Notes: a model not told the origin generated them from the letters alone. A stretch of DNA of 64,000 bases from Yuukianura sp. NJ FZ-2021 (GCA_046563655.1 CM102285.1:9424001-9488000); one strand, 5' to 3'; counted from the stretch's first letter, positions 23,919 to 47,275 are shown. A program made the numbers and translations.

Positions 23919-25004
23919 ACCAGTATTTTGCTAAATGTGACGGAAGAAGTGTAACGTTCAAATGGCTTTAAAAAGAAGTGCGAGGAGATGAAGGAATTAA
24001 AAACTCGAGGGAGTTTTCACTCCATTTTTCATCTTTTTTATTTTTTGTAACGCTCAGCATGAAGAAGCGTCTCCGAAAACCGTAAGCTTGTGAAGCGACA
24101 TCGTCTCGAAAAACTCTTAAAAAAAACGAAAAATGGAGCTGATAAAAAAGTCTTTGGGAACCAAAATATTAAATTCTTTTCAACTTTTTCACTAATAATG
24201 CACCATCCAAAAGTATTTTCAATTTTGACGCTCACACATAGACAATTTGAAGAAGAAAATAGAGAAAAGGCTGTCTGTCGACAGAATCGAAAAAGTTTTA
24301 GGTTGACTTTCACTTCTTCTTAGAAAAAAATTCGATTACTCTTATGATAAATGGACTAAGTTAAGTAGAACTTTTGATGATTCTATATTCTATAGTTTAT
24401 GAAAACTTAGTTTAACTTTAGTATAACCTCATCCATTTTATCAATGTAATTCTACTTTATTAACTTATTCTTGAAAAGTTTTCCCAAAGTTCTTTTATTA
24501 AAAACTTCTGGAACAATATATGTAAATGCTACTAAAAAATTATACAGAAATATCGATATTCTTGAATTATTTATTTTTGTGTCCAATTAACATTTGCTCG
24601 ATTACGAAGAGACTGTTGCTCTTAAATGGTTTATATTCCTTTACACATTCCTACCTGAAGAGAGGCTAAAATTTATATTATACGTAACTACTATATCTAC
24701 ATACAAACTATTTCGCCAATACGTAGGAATAACTAGGAACACCAATACGTAGTCCGTAGTGCAAACGTCAAAGTAAATGTGAGTTGTGTATCATTACATT
24801 ACATCAAAAGGATCCGGTAAAAACCCAATACGTTTACATCGTAGTACTAGAAATCAGTTATGTAAACATCTAATACAAAGCTGTTTTACTATGTATTCGT
24901 ATTTATGTAAAGACTTTTGTTGTGTATTGTCATCGTGTTTATGTAATTTTGCGTCTATGTAACTACTTAATGTAATGGAAAAGACTTCTCAGTTTTCTAA
25001 TCAT

Positions 25005-30208
<5,204 letters not shown>

Positions 30209-31028
30209 TTTGCTATTTTTGGTATTCCACTTTGATTTGACGACACTGACGAGGACGACCAAAACCGATGTTTTTCCAAGGAAAAGTTCGAAAACCACTG
30301 TGTTCAACTGAAATGAAATTATATGAAAAAGAACTTTGGAAAAGTTTTGTGCAACAGCAAAGTAACTTTTATAGTTAGACAAAATCTGACGGTCAAAGTT
30401 GAGCTAAATTTGAGACTACTTGCTAAACACAATCAACGTGATAGTAATTCAAGGACTTACGTTTCATAAAAAAATGTGCAACATTTACGGATAACACCGT
30501 CTACACGTGAGGGCTATCACGTAGCCCTGATTTTTGGAAAACGCGCATGAAAATGCTCAAGATATCTGTAGATGTGCTAAACTACTTAAACCAAACTAAT
30601 CTAACGCAGTTGAACTTGAAACTCATGATTTCAAGTGGTTGTCTACAAAAAAGTTATCAGATCACCGTTTCTGGTATTTAGTTTAATTAAGTATGGCGGA
30701 GTGACATAATAATTTCGTTTTTTCAACTAACTTAGATACACTAAATCGTCTTTTAGTAAAATTCAGTGAAACTTTGCGGTAAACATCACGTTTGACAGAA
30801 TTTTACGAATCGAGTTGGGATGTTGGACTTACTTTTAAATCTCGCTCAACACGAATTCAAAAACTCTAAAAACTGAAAGTTCATGCGCTTAATTTCTAAT
30901 GACTAATGTGGGCGCTAAAAGTTTGTTTCGGAAGAAAGAGCGTGTTTTCTCCCTCATAAATGAAAGTTGTGGTTTCAAGATGAACTTTTACAGAATAGGA
31001 ATCTAAATATTTGCAGAACCCGTATTTT

Positions 31029-33759
31029 TCACGAATCTTGTTTCCAGTTCCATGGAATACAAAGTTCACCGCCAGAGAGGACAGAGTAGTAGGTCGTGAT
31101 CCACAAGTGAGAGCCCTTAAGGAAAGGCCGAAGTGCCTGTTTGTGATGGAGTAGCCTCTTACAACAATCAATCATGAGGCTGGGAGTGACATTGTCAGCC
31201 TTGTCGAGTCCAACGAGTTGAAAGGTGGCAATGCACTTGGCGTGAAGGGCAATCTCCTCGTACTTTTCCCTGGAAACCACACAATGACACTTAAAACGAA
31301 TAACTTTCATTCTAAAGTTACGACGACACGGCGTGTTGAAAGATTGAAACACTTTTTACGATTGTCCCACAATTTGGTAGAAGTTTCCAACAAAACTTTC
31401 ACTTTCATACACAAGTTGTGTCAAACGCAACCTAATAAAAGGGAGATTCTGGCATCACCAAAGTTTGCTTAAAAATGAAATTACCTTTTGTACTGTTCTA
31501 GCTTTCTCTTCGCTTCTTCCATATTTTCGGTAATAAAATTGACGAGAAGAAAGGGCGGGCATGAGGAGGGCACAATTATTTGGCCCGTTGGACTCACCAT
31601 CAAAGGCCCTGCATCGCTGGAACGAAAATGAAAAATGAATTAAAGTGGCAATCTAGTGTAAAGTGCGTTCAAGTCTCCTCTTCATCCCCATTCACTTCAA
31701 TGAATTCCTTTGAATTACGACGCCGAACTCTCAAACAAACTCCAGCAAGATTAGAAACTAAATTACACGAAATTAATTTGGCGAATGTGTGCGCATCTGT
31801 CAGGAGAAAGTAAAGTTAAGTTAAACTTTTACTTACGTTTCTACTACAAGTTCCAAATGAGACAGGTCATCTGGCCATTCCTTTGGAAAGTTGGCTTTCC
31901 CTCGGTAATCTCCCAGAGATGTTGTCAGCTTTCTCAACTCCCCTTCGTAATTTTCTGCCATCTTGTTAGGTTGAAATTTTCTAGAGAAAAAATTGAAAGG
32001 AAATTAGAGCAGCAACAACAGCGGTTCTTTGTTTTAGGGATCACTCGGTACAAGTGCATTCTATGCACCCGGAATCGATACTTTAAGTTTGATAATTAAG
32101 GTACAAGCACAACCCGTTTTGTTTCCAACGAATATTCATGGAGCTTAGGGGTAAATTAGTCTTACTACTAATTAGTCACTTCTAATTGAGTTCATGAGAA
32201 CATGTTACCTATGGACGACTTTGATGTTTTTCAAAGACCCAGAAAGAGCTCTTTGAATGGCCGGAATTCGGAGAATAACGGAGTCATGTTTCCATACGTT
32301 TTTGATAGCATCTAGCCAGTTCTTGCGAACTTCCCCGCTGGAACGAAATACACGCAAGCAATCAGAACTTGAATCGAATTTAATTGAATTAACATTGTTA
32401 TCACCAGTTTAGAACTACGTGCCCGTCCATTGTGACTCCCGTTTGATGACCAAAAATAATTATTCGATCTAAATTCAAAGTGATAAGTGAGAGAAAGTAA
32501 AATAATATACAATCGCAAGCTAATTTACCTCTCAGAATACTCATTACTTCAGGATGTTGATTAGTCAATATTTGGAAACTCTCGAGGCTACCACGAATCG
32601 TAGTTACGGACCAGCCGGATTCATAGTTAAGTTCTTTCAAACCAAGTGCCTGCTTTATGCTTGCATTTAGTCGGCTAACTTCGTCACGTACTGGGAAGCA
32701 ATCATTGAGTTTCGCCTTCGAATCCTCTGCGTTACGTTCCAGCCAAACCCTGCAAAAAGACAAAAATCTTTTACAAAATAACTTTAGAAAGATCACGTAT
32801 TTAAAATCACGGTTTGTGGCAACTACATGCAGCAAAATCAAGGTGGGTAAACAATAATTAAAGCTACATGAACCTTGTAGATTAATTGCAAATTGGTTGC
32901 TATAGCAACCTTGCAGCAAAATCTTGCAACAGTTTGTATTACATTAAATTGTCTTCAGCCATTTTCCTTTCTGCAATTTCTTGTTCAGCCTTTTCTTGGT
33001 AATCTTCTTCATACTTCCTCCAGAAAGCTTGCTGACTTTGCGGAGTAGATCGGAAACTAACCTTAGCCTCAGCGGTGGATGGTATGCTATCGATATGTGA
33101 TGTATCTAGATTGCACTTTTCAAGAATTGTGTACACAGTACGACGCACATCTCGCTGTCCGAGGTCAATGCTTACCGACTGGAACTCGGAATCTAGAGAA
33201 AAAAAGATAGCAAAGAGTAAAGACTGACTGAACACCACCGTTAATAAACTTTTCAAGATAAAACCAATCCTAACCTTGTTTGGAAGTACGCCGGTGACCG
33301 ACGGCTTCGCTCCTTCTCAAATAAAATGTCAGATTTACTTTATTCAGTGCTTTCTCGTGCGTTGCAGACTCGATGTAGGCATTTAGCTGCTTCAAGGAGT
33401 TTTCGTTGACTTCCTAGAAGTGTATCCAGAGTTTAGAAGTTATATCTCTTTTCGAACACAATCCTTTGAGTTATTAGAAATATTTCTCAAAGACTAAAAC
33501 GAACCCTCTCCTTCGGAAACTGACCAAACAGGTCAGGGTGGACAGCAAAAAAGAACGGTTTCAGAGCTGCAAAAACTTCTCCGGAACTGATACATCGGTG
33601 AATGCTCCCTAAATGGTGACATTGAGCCCTACTTCTGAAATATCCAAACAATTTATAATTGACACTATAGTCTCGCACAGCAGAACATGGAAGTTACCGT
33701 AAATGTGATGAAAATTTTGACAGCGATGTACCACAATTGAGGTTAAGAGCATAAGCCAT
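31029..33759 (-). CDS. TCAIM: T-cell activation inhibitor, mitochondrial homolog (multi-exon)
   Basis: ALKPFFFAVHPDLFGQFPKEREVNENSLKQL at the N-terminus and YYSVLSGGELCIPWNWK at the C-terminus, both TCAIM/C3orf23 family signatures. Confidence 0.9.
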
Positions 33760-34531
33760 TAGTTACCACCGACGGCGTCTGTAAATGGAGACAGTGAAAC
33801 GGACGAGCTATTAGACGTTTTATTTTCAAATCCTCTGCCTGCTTTCGTCGAAGAAGAGTAAATCCGTGATGGCGTGCTACATGGTTTTCCCTAAAATGCA
33901 AATAAACGATTATCTTTTAAACAAAACTAAGCAGTGTACCTTAAAAGTAGAAGTGCATTTATTTTCAGTATCACAAAAAATAACCCCGGTGATCGATACT
34001 CGTCAACAGCAATACATGAGCAATACTAATAGACACGGTGTACTTACCTCCGAACAATCAACAAGGTTTAACGTTTAAGATATTACACTGAAAAGAAAAC
34101 ACGACTGAATTAGTTAGTAAGTACTGAACAGTTTTTTCAACACCAGCCAACCAACCAACCATTTACCCAATGCCAAACATTACCAAACATGGAATCAGCT
34201 GTTTACCGCTTCTTTATATCCAGTGCTCGCTTGTTTCACTTCCCTCAACCCAATCTACACCAAAGTTGATCCAATAGTAGTGCCACTGTCACAGTTCTAA
34301 TGAAATTGTTTCATTTCATTTCAATTGTTTAGAGAATTCGCTGAACGATTAAAACTGACAGCATAAACATCAGATTTCTTGAGAACCATAAAGCAGATTT
34401 AATATTTCATTTGCATTTCCACGAAGTCATAATTAGAGTTTAACACGATTTGATCACTTCTCAATACACAGAAGAAGGTTTCCTGTCGCATCGCTTCAAT
34501 TTGTAATTCATATTCCCTAATTGTTGTCTGT

Positions 34532-37761
<3,230 letters not shown>

Positions 37762-39767
37762 CTTGTCCTCCCTCAACGCTGTCGAAAGCCGTCCAGAATT
37801 TCCGGATTACTTGGAGCAGGAGAAAGGAAAGGCCAAAGGTAATGCGCAGACTTTTAGAAAACTTTCACTTTTCTAGATCTTCACTAGGTTTTATTTTTGG
37901 TCTAGAAATTCTAAGCCCAACTCAAATTCCTGACAGATTTGAAGTCAAGTGGGAATCAGGAAATCCATAGTAAACCACCAACCACCGCCACCGCACTTGA
38001 CTTCTTTGATCTTGACTTTTCTCATGCAAAAGACTAAAAGACATGACATTAACTGGATAGCAATAGCAATAGGACGCTTTATCGAAAATGTTAAACGAAA
38101 CGGCTTACTCCATATGCCATGTTAGCTTGGAAAATTTAAAACTGGTTTTAAAATACAGAAAATGACACACTATTCTTATGTCATGGATATGTCAGCGGAC
38201 ACTAGACAAAATTAAAGGGTTGACCTGATCAAATGTCGAAATTCGAAAATTAGTAATTCATACCGAATGGTGCGGTGCCCAACAAGCACTTCGTGTGTTT
38301 AAAATGTCATAAATAGTAGATCACCACAACTATAGTCATAGGATTTTGTTCTTTGCTTTGATTTTTGCTAAAATAGAAATAAGGTTATTGTTATTGACCT
38401 TTATTCAAAGGATTCCCAAAATGATTTTTTTAAAATCATTATGTCAATCAATAAACCAATTCCTGTTTCTAGGCTTGATTAATAAGTCAGGTCGTGGAAA
38501 ACACAAGACAATGAGTGTTGACTAAATCAAGGATTCAGTTTTAGGTCAATTGTGTCAACCGCAAGTCAAAGTCTGTTCTTAAGCACTTTTGGAATTTCTA
38601 TTGCACAAGCATCTTTGGTAACACCATATTGTACTTAACCGAGAGAAGTTCATAGCTTAATTAACTGTTAACAGTAGTTCCACTGGTCGGGAGCAATGAA
38701 TTTTCTTGAGTTTTTGGCAGTAGCATCTTTTGTTACCTGCAATCCACAATTATTGACTGAATCCGCACGAGTACCGGATCGTACGTCGTTTTTGTCTCTC
38801 TTTTTAAATTGCTAAATTTTAAAATTACAACGGTTCCTTCTTATCTGATTTTGATTTGTATTTAGCATGTTTGAGTATAAGCTGCGGACAAGATTTTGTG
38901 TGTAAACCGGCAATAAAGCTGTGTACATCAATTACCCCGTGTACACAGCATGAATGCATTCCGAAGAGCACAGGTAACAATACTGCGAATATTATAGTTA
39001 TATTTGATTTGCAAAAGTTTTAATTCGTCCAATGACATGTCATAGGGCCATGTGTCGGGGTCAAGTGTCCAAACGGATCTGCCTGTAGAACAGTCAAGCG
39101 TACTACTTGCAAGGGCAAGGACTGCTCTGTCTCCTATTCTACGAAATGCGAGCCCCAATTGATCCAGCCTTACATACCTAACCCTCAAAAATATGTTCCA
39201 AATAGTAAATAAGGAAACATTATTATTAATTAATTTTAATTAATGACAAATCAAGTTATTTGATTTTCAATTTAGTATTCTAGAAATTTAGCTACAGCAG
39301 ATAGCCCGCGGGCTGCGAACAGACAACGTCTAATAATAAAAAAAGCTTATTGCCAGTAACTTCAGCTCAGCTAAAAGTCAAACTAAGAATAAACACACCG
39401 CTACGCATATTTATCGTTAACTCTCGTATTGAGGTAAAATTAGAATTTAACTTATTAGATTTTAACGAACATAAACTTTTATTCACTGTAAATCTAATTT
39501 GACGATTACAAACGAGGAAATGAGGAATGCGGGAGCCAAACTAGCGCCCGCGCGGGAAATTGCAAGATTCGAACACTTGAAAAAGAGTCAAGCAAAAACA
39601 AAAAGAGAACCAGAACGGGTAACGGTTTTTTTTCTTAGAAAAAATCAATAATCACGTTCCCGACACAAAATTGGTTTTCAACTTAATTAGTGGCGAAGAT
39701 TCTAACAGAGCTAAACGCCTAGGCCTATCATAGTTACTGTTGCGGAGTAATTAAACAAAGATTAAAT

Positions 39768-42559
39768 ATGAAATTAAAAGGAGAGGGTAACACCCCAACG
39801 TTTTTTGAGCTTCGCCCGGACCGGCAGCTCATAAATCCAAATTTCGAAGGATACAAACTGTCACTGGATGCATTGCCATCGTACATCGTTCCGATCGATA
39901 CGGGTACGTAACATTATGATTTACTTTTACACATTTTTTTCATATAGTACCGTAGTACCTTCGGGTCGAGTGGTTGCGTTTCGAAGCAGTTAAAAAGTAC
40001 GGTGTTTTTATTTTGGTATTTTGTTAGGGGTTGACCATGCCACTCCGACAGAAGAGCAGTATACTATGCAGCACGTTAAGCTTTCTGCATTGAATAACCA
40101 TGTCCTACCAGATCCATGGAATCCAGGCTGCGTCTACATTGTGGATGCTGCATGGACCTTATGGAAATTGTCTGTGTGTGGAGAGGTAACGTTAAATTGG
40201 TTCATCATGTTAATATATTGCATTTACATTCTGAGGAGGCTATCGTTCATGAAGACATCCATTTCAGTATTATATTCCACGCATTTGTTTAGGTACCAGG
40301 GAGCCTATCCAAAGCTTGGATTATTCCTGATTCCCCGTCCAAGAAACCCGGCAGGTTCAATGTCAGTTTGGTTTTTCCTGATGCTCAAACTGCTGTATGC
40401 TCAGACGGATGCGGAACGGTTTACATTCTTGATACCGGAACTCGTAGTAACTCTGAAACCGCATCCAATTGGAAGGTACGAATTACTAATAATAAAACCT
40501 AATGTCGGAATTCTTTGTAATGTGTATCATGTGTTATAAAAAATGTGCAAGGGATTTTCTAGGTAATTTTTCGGGATACGCCTTTCAACTCTACGAAAAA
40601 CCCGCAATGTTTGGCTTTGGATGCAATCCGGTTAACTGACAGAGGGAATTCTATGTTTGACGTGTTACTATTGAGGATAGACGAGCGAACGCAGTGGAAG
40701 GACTTTCTTGAGTTTCATCAAGATACTTATTTGTCTTCCTCTCAACATCCGTTTGTTAGCGTTCTGGAGTGGATTACTTTTGCCCAAGGTATTTTACGAG
40801 GATTAAGCAGTGAATTCTGGAATGTTTGCTTTATCTTTTTTGTTTTTGTTTTTTAGACGATGGTTCTATGAAGATTGAATCTTCAAGAAGTTTAGTTGGG
40901 AGGAGTGGTGTTGAATATGCGGCAATTGAAAGAAATGGGTCTGGACTTTACATTGCTAGCGACGACCCATTTTACTTCGCAATTGATTCCAAAAAACCAA
41001 TCCAATTTTCTACCGCACCCCAGCCGGAGTTAGCCAGCGGCGATACAGCAGAAGTTGAAAAGAAAAGTGCAGGTGAGATTTGGTTGTTCTAAGTTCAAGT
41101 CAATGGTAGGTAGCACGTTTTATTCTAAACTGAACGCTTCTGAATATCCAGATTACGTTTGGTACCAGTCTGAAGGAGAAATCAATTTGTGGTTCCGCCT
41201 TCCCGAAGAATCCAAGAAACAGGACTTGATCGTTGACCTCGCCGTCAATGACATTCACGTTGAGTTCAAGAAGCAAGTGCTGATCACCGGGAAGTTATTT
41301 GCTGCAGTTAAACCTGAAGAGTGCACATGGACCATCGAATCTGGACGGTTAGTTCGCATAATGATGATATAATAACTTGTTCTACCGACAATATGAACGC
41401 TTACTTAACAACTATTTGCAGGCTTGAGATTATTTTGACGAAGTGCGTGGAAGAATCCTGGTCTGAATTTGTGCCGGGAAATAACAACGGAGAGAAAATT
41501 GAAGATCCCGCTCTTGTGGAGCAAATTCACGCACAATTATCAGTTCTTTGTTCGGACAAATGGGTATGTTTTTATCATGCCGCGAGTTGGTCAAAGAACA
41601 CCAATATGCTGAGAATTCGGGGATTACTACTTCAGTTTACTATTTTATTATGTTAAATGTGTTTAACAAAAGCATTTATAAAAATTGTAGGGAGCGGATC
41701 CTCACAATAAAGAAGTATACGACCCTCGCGGCCAGGAAGAATGCGATGAAAATCCTTCTTTTACTGCAGCGCTCATCAGAATTGACTTGGAGTTGCAAAG
41801 AATTACGAACAAGGTAAAATTCATAAAATGGTTACAGGCAAAAATGTTCCGTTTTTTTACTACTAGTACCTTTTTTTTTTAGCATTTTTGTTATGAGCTA
41901 TGACATTGTTTTGAATCCTAAGGCAAGCCTTGATAGCCACCAATGGCTATTCAGCGTCAAAACGGATCCAAGCGAAGTGCCCTGTCTTTGTATTCGCCAT
42001 GATGTGGATGGGATTGTCTGGCAACCACAAGCTCCTGTTCAGAAACCTAACGAGGCTGGTGACAGCATTTTGGACTGGAACTGTAAACATCAGGCAACAT
42101 TTTCAGCGCTAGGGTACGTTAACCTACTTTTCAAAAGTTAGAAGTTCGTAAGAATTCATTTTGGTTAAATTGAAATCATTTTTTAAAGTTATCTTCAAGC
42201 TGCTAAGGAACGGAAGAAGTTTACGCTTTCAGCACCAGGTTAGAAACATTACACTCGCTTCGTCGCATAATGTTTTTCGAACAAAAGAATTTTTTTTCCA
42301 CTTTGATGTAGACTTTTCGTATGCGGTGATTTGCGATGACATGAAGCATATCTACATTTATCGTCAACCAGCCCCGATTGAAAATGACTTGCGGAATAGG
42401 AAGACAGGGACAATTGTGAGCGTCATTGCCAAACAGCAGCTCATTGCACTCGATCCACCCTTGGAAGTAATGGGAGCCTACGCTGGAAACGACTTTCTCT
42501 TCGTTCTCACTGCCAAGAACCTTCACTTGATTCGTATGAAAGCTGTCGAGGACATTTGA
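39768..42559 (+). CDS. NUDCD1: NudC domain-containing protein 1 (multi-exon)
   Basis: N-terminal LRPDRQLINPNFEGYKLSLD, CS domain YVWYQSEGEINLWF...ECTWTIE, CLCIRHDVDGIVWQP, FSALGYLQAAK, LRNRKTG...IAKQQLI. Confidence 0.93.
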
Positions 42560-43292
42560 AAGCAAACATTAGAAATGCTGCAGAAACCACAAGGTTATTT
42601 TTATTCTAAATTCCCTTACTTCTCTTCGAGAGCGGTCTAGCATTCAAGTGAGCTGGGTTTTTTATCATATGACTAAATCATGACATACCATTATTTCCAT
42701 TATGAATTTGCAAATACAGACGAGTTCTGGATAAACGCGAACTTTTCATTCAGGGTTATTTTTTGTAGTAGGAGACGCCAAAAATACAATGTGACGATGA
42801 CCAATCTAAATCTGATGTCACCGAGTGAATGTTTAGCTAGGCGTTAAGTATCCACGGGTTGGATTTTCCCTGGTTGAGTGCTTCTTGTCACCAAGATCAT
42901 ACATGAATTGTTAATCTTTCAGGAATTTTCGATACTTTTGGGCTTTTGACGAAAGTTATGCATTGCGTGTTTTCTAATAAAGTATAAAGTGGGTTGGTCT
43001 CTTCGTATCGACTTTTTCCGTTGCAGGTTTTCGGGTTTCATTTTCATTTGTAGGCCCCTACCAGTAGAGTGTAACAAAATTTGCACCAACGGAGATATAG
43101 CCAAACCAACTCGAAAAAAGAGATTCAAGTGCACGGGTTGTTACATGATAATTCGTAAAGTCAAAGTGGTTAGGCATTTGATTTGTTTCATTGAAGACAG
43201 AAACAGGTCGAGGATTGATACGCAGTGTAATATTAAACCTAGTTTATTAATTTTTTGAAATTTTGAATTTAACAACACAAATATTAGCAAAA

Positions 43293-45009
43293 ATGAGTTC
43301 AAAAGTTGCGTATCCAATTGGATTGAACGGGTCTACTAAATTTGAGTCCGAATTTAAGGGAATTGTTCCGAAAGAGGAAGAAAAGGAAGTGAAAATCGTT
43401 GATGACGAAGAAGATGACGAATCTGGGTGAGTACTTATTTCCAAGAATTTTTTGATTTTTTTATCAAAATTTAGGTTTAAAAAAAAATAAAATGAAATAA
43501 AAATTACTGAAATTTTGGTTTTGATTTGGTTTTAGGTGGTTTAGCTGGATGCGATGGCGTCCGAGGTCCGAAAAAGCTTTACGCGAATCTGAAACAACAA
43601 TGCTATGTAAAAAAAAATCATGATTACTTTTGTTTTAACTAATGTAAGAAGCCCGCTTAACTTTGGATGTGTTTTCAATTTAGCAACGTTGTCAACGCCT
43701 TACAGTTCCTTCTTTGTCAATATTGGTCCAGTTCTTGGAGATGAGGACTGTAAAATATGGACAATTAGTTTAAACACAGAATCAAAAGAGATTCCAATTG
43801 TTTTGGTTCATGGTAAGTCGAATAGCGTGAACATTTCTAAAATTTAGAATTGAGTATTGTAAGTAATGTACGAATTTTCCATTATGTTTCAGGTTTTGCT
43901 GCTGGAGTAGGATTTTGGTGTCTAAATATGGACAACTTGGCAACTACCAGACCTGTTTATGCAATTGACCTGTTGGGATTTGGTCGGAGTTCTCGACCGA
44001 AATTTAGCGATGACCCGGATGAAGCGGAGGCTGAATTTGTAAAATCCATTGAAGCTTGGAGACAAGCTGTGAGACTGGAAAAAATCATTCTGTTGGGACA
44101 TAGCCTCGGTGGTTATCTTGCGGCGTCATTTTCCATAAATTTTCCTGACTCGTAAGTGTAGTTCAATGAACTTGAATCGAATTTATGCTGACGAAGCTGA
44201 TGCGAATCAGCAAGTCGTGTCAGGTTGTTTTCACAGTAAGGAAATCTCATTTTTTTTTGTTTTTATAGTGTGGAAAGTCTCATTTTGGCAGATCCTTGGG
44301 GATTCAAAGATCGGCCGATCGAAATTCGCCGTAAAGATGGCAGTGAAGTTCCAGCGATTCTGCGTTTTTTAATCCGCATCTTCGAACCGATGAATCCATT
44401 GTCTTCCATCAGACTCCTTGGACCATGGGGCCCTTATATCCTCGGACGCATACGAGCTGACATCATTGCTCGATTTGAGCCTCATGTAAAAGATGCAAGT
44501 CGCACTGTATCTACCTACCTCTACCAATGCAACGCTAAAGATCCTTCGTAAGTTAGAATATCTTAATACCAAATCGGTTTTTAGCACACTTAAAGTAGAA
44601 TTATAAATTCTGCTGACCTAAATCCAAATTCAATTGAACTTTTTTTAGAGGAGAGAGTGCATTCCATACCATGATGTCGTCGTTCTTCTGGGCTAAAAAT
44701 CCAATGCTTCATCGTTTCCACCTTCTGGATCATAGGCTCCCCCTTACTCTCATTTACGGAGAAAGGTCATGGGTGGAAGCGCTTCCAGCAGAGAAAGTTG
44801 TGGAGAAAAGAGGAGGAGACGCTCGAAACGTAAAATCGCACGTAAGTTGGCCTGATCCGCCATTTCTGGAATTTCAAAACTAGGTTAAACACGTTCTGTT
44901 CGTGTTGTAGGTGATACCAAATTCCAGTCATCATGTTTACGCAGATCAAAGAGATCTCTTCAACCACATTGTTCAAACAGCTTGTCAAACACTGAAACAA
45001 GATTTTTAG
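43293..45009 (+). CDS. ABHD4/ABHD5-family alpha/beta hydrolase, paralog 1
   Basis: VLVHGFAAG, AIDLLGFGRSSRP, GHSLGG (catalytic Ser intact, ABHD4-like), LADPWG, GESAF, HHVYAD (HX4D). Confidence 0.92.
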
Positions 45010-45451
45010 GGTAAACGCATTAGAAAATCTTTCAAAATCTAAAACGAGGTACCTGGATGACGTCATAGGATAGTTACTGTATTAGTATTTTAGTTAAACA
45101 CGCATTTCCTGATTAATTACCACAATTGCAATGCAGTAGTTAACTTAACGAATAACGCATTCTTAGTCGCATTAATGCAATTCTATTGTTTTCATAAATT
45201 TAGGAGTACTATTATCCCTGGGCGTGTCAATCGCTAACTACAACTTCTGTGATTTTTGTTTTATGTAATAAACCGATTCCGGATGTAAATTGCATTTGAG
45301 AAGCCTTTATAAATAATCTTCCTCACTTTTTTGTCATGGAGAGTCTGCTTATTTTCCAGAAATAAACATCAATGTTTATGGATGATGCGGTAAAAAGAAA
45401 CTACTGGAAATTTTTTTGGTGGCTAAATTTTAGCGTAGGGTTAGGTATGAT

Positions 45452-47275
45452 ATGGGCGGGGTCAACAGTTCACGGCAGTTGGATGGAGACGCATCCAATG
45501 AACCTCAAGATGTAGCTGAATCTGTGGAGCAATCTCCTGAAAATTCCGCAGTGAATTGTGACCTATTTTGCCACGATGAAGAGGATGAAGAGGGCGAGAG
45601 TTCGTGGTACAACGATAACCTTTGACATTTTGTATTTTCCTGGACGCATGCGTTTTATAGACAACAAAATTAACAAATTATGTCTTAATTTTTGTAGGTG
45701 GGATTGCTTCCAATGGTGTGCCGCCTCCAAAAAATTCCATCGACACTTGGAGGAAATGATGATAGAAGGTGAAGTAAAAACTAATTGAAAAAAAAACGTT
45801 TCTATTCACAATGCCTCGAAATTTCTAAACGTTTTGCTCATGCTTACCCCAGGCATCCAGAAACCTTACCGGTTTCATGCTGTCAATATTGGACCGGTCG
45901 TAGGCCAAGAAGATTCTAAGATTTGGACTTTAAGTGTCAACGAGACTTGCGAAAATGTTCCTCTTGTTCTTTTGCACGGATTTGGATCTGGTTTGGCTCT
46001 CTGGGCTCTGAACTTGAATGACCTGTCTTCTGATCGACCTGTTCATGCAATCGATGTCTTAGGTCAAACCATTCGCTAAGATGTGCGTCGAATTACTTGA
46101 ATTGACGAAATACTTTGTTCAAACAGGATTCGGAGGCAGTTCTAGACCAACTTTTAGTACGACACCGGAAGAAGTTGAGAATGAGTTCGTTTCGTCAATT
46201 GAAGCTTGGAGGAGAGAAATGAAGCTGGAAGGAATTGTACTCTGCGGACACTCTTTCGGTGGATTCTTGGCAACGGTTTACTCAATACGATATCCTGAAG
46301 TGTAAGACAAATTGCACATTTAAATTATTTAAATTGTAAGTTTACAGTATAAGAAACAACAACTGACCTTTGTCATCCAGAATAGAACATTGCTGTCTCG
46401 TTGACCCCTGGGGGTTCAAGGAGTGTCCGACCCAAACAACTCAAATTCTTAATCTGTCGACCCCGCTCATCATTCTGCTCAAAATTTTTGTTCCATTCAA
46501 TTTAACGCCGCTCTGGGGACTACGAGTGTTGGGAAGAATTGGCAAGTATTTGATTCTTGAATGCTTTGAAGCAAGTTTCCTTTGAATGTTTCCTTTGCAG
46601 CTCCAGCAGTTATTGAGTTCTTTCGACAAGATTTGATCCAACATTTTGTTCCTGAAGTGAAAGATGCCAGTAAAGTACTATCACATTACATTTACCAATG
46701 TAATGCCAGAACACCAACGTATGAAGCTTCTGAAACAAAAAGCTAAAGTGGGTGACTTTTTTTAATTGATTGGTTACTAACTTGTGTATGTTTGCAGCGG
46801 AGAGCAAGCGTTCAATTGCCTCATGGCTTCATTTGGATGGGCCAAGAATCCACTCAATTCCCGAATTCATGCATTAGATGAGAACATTCCGTTGACGATA
46901 ATTTGTGGAGCAAGGTCTTGGGTTGATCATGCCTCCGCGGAAGAAGTTGACCAACATCGAGGATCCCGAGGCTTTGTAGACATGCATGTACTTTCTTAAA
47001 AATTCAAATCCTACAATAAATCTAAATCAAAAAACTTAAACTGATTTGAATTTTAGTTTATTGAGGGATGCGGTCATCATGTCTACACGGAGGACAGACC
47101 TACGTTTAACAAAATTCTGCTTCAAGCATGTATGAATACAAAATCCAACGCACTGACTGACCTTGTCGTTATCCAGGAAGACACGGACGACGACTTCTAT
47201 TCTACTAAAGATGCGTCTTCCGACGAAGATGAGTCATCCGCATCATTTGATGAAGACGAGGTCGTTTCACTTTAA
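45452..47275 (+). CDS. ABHD4/ABHD5-family alpha/beta hydrolase, paralog 2
   Basis: LLHGFGSG, AIDVLGFGGSSRP, GHSFGG, LVDPWG, GEQAF, GHHVYTED and an acidic C-tail. Needs a GC-AG intron at 46542-46600. Confidence 0.9.
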
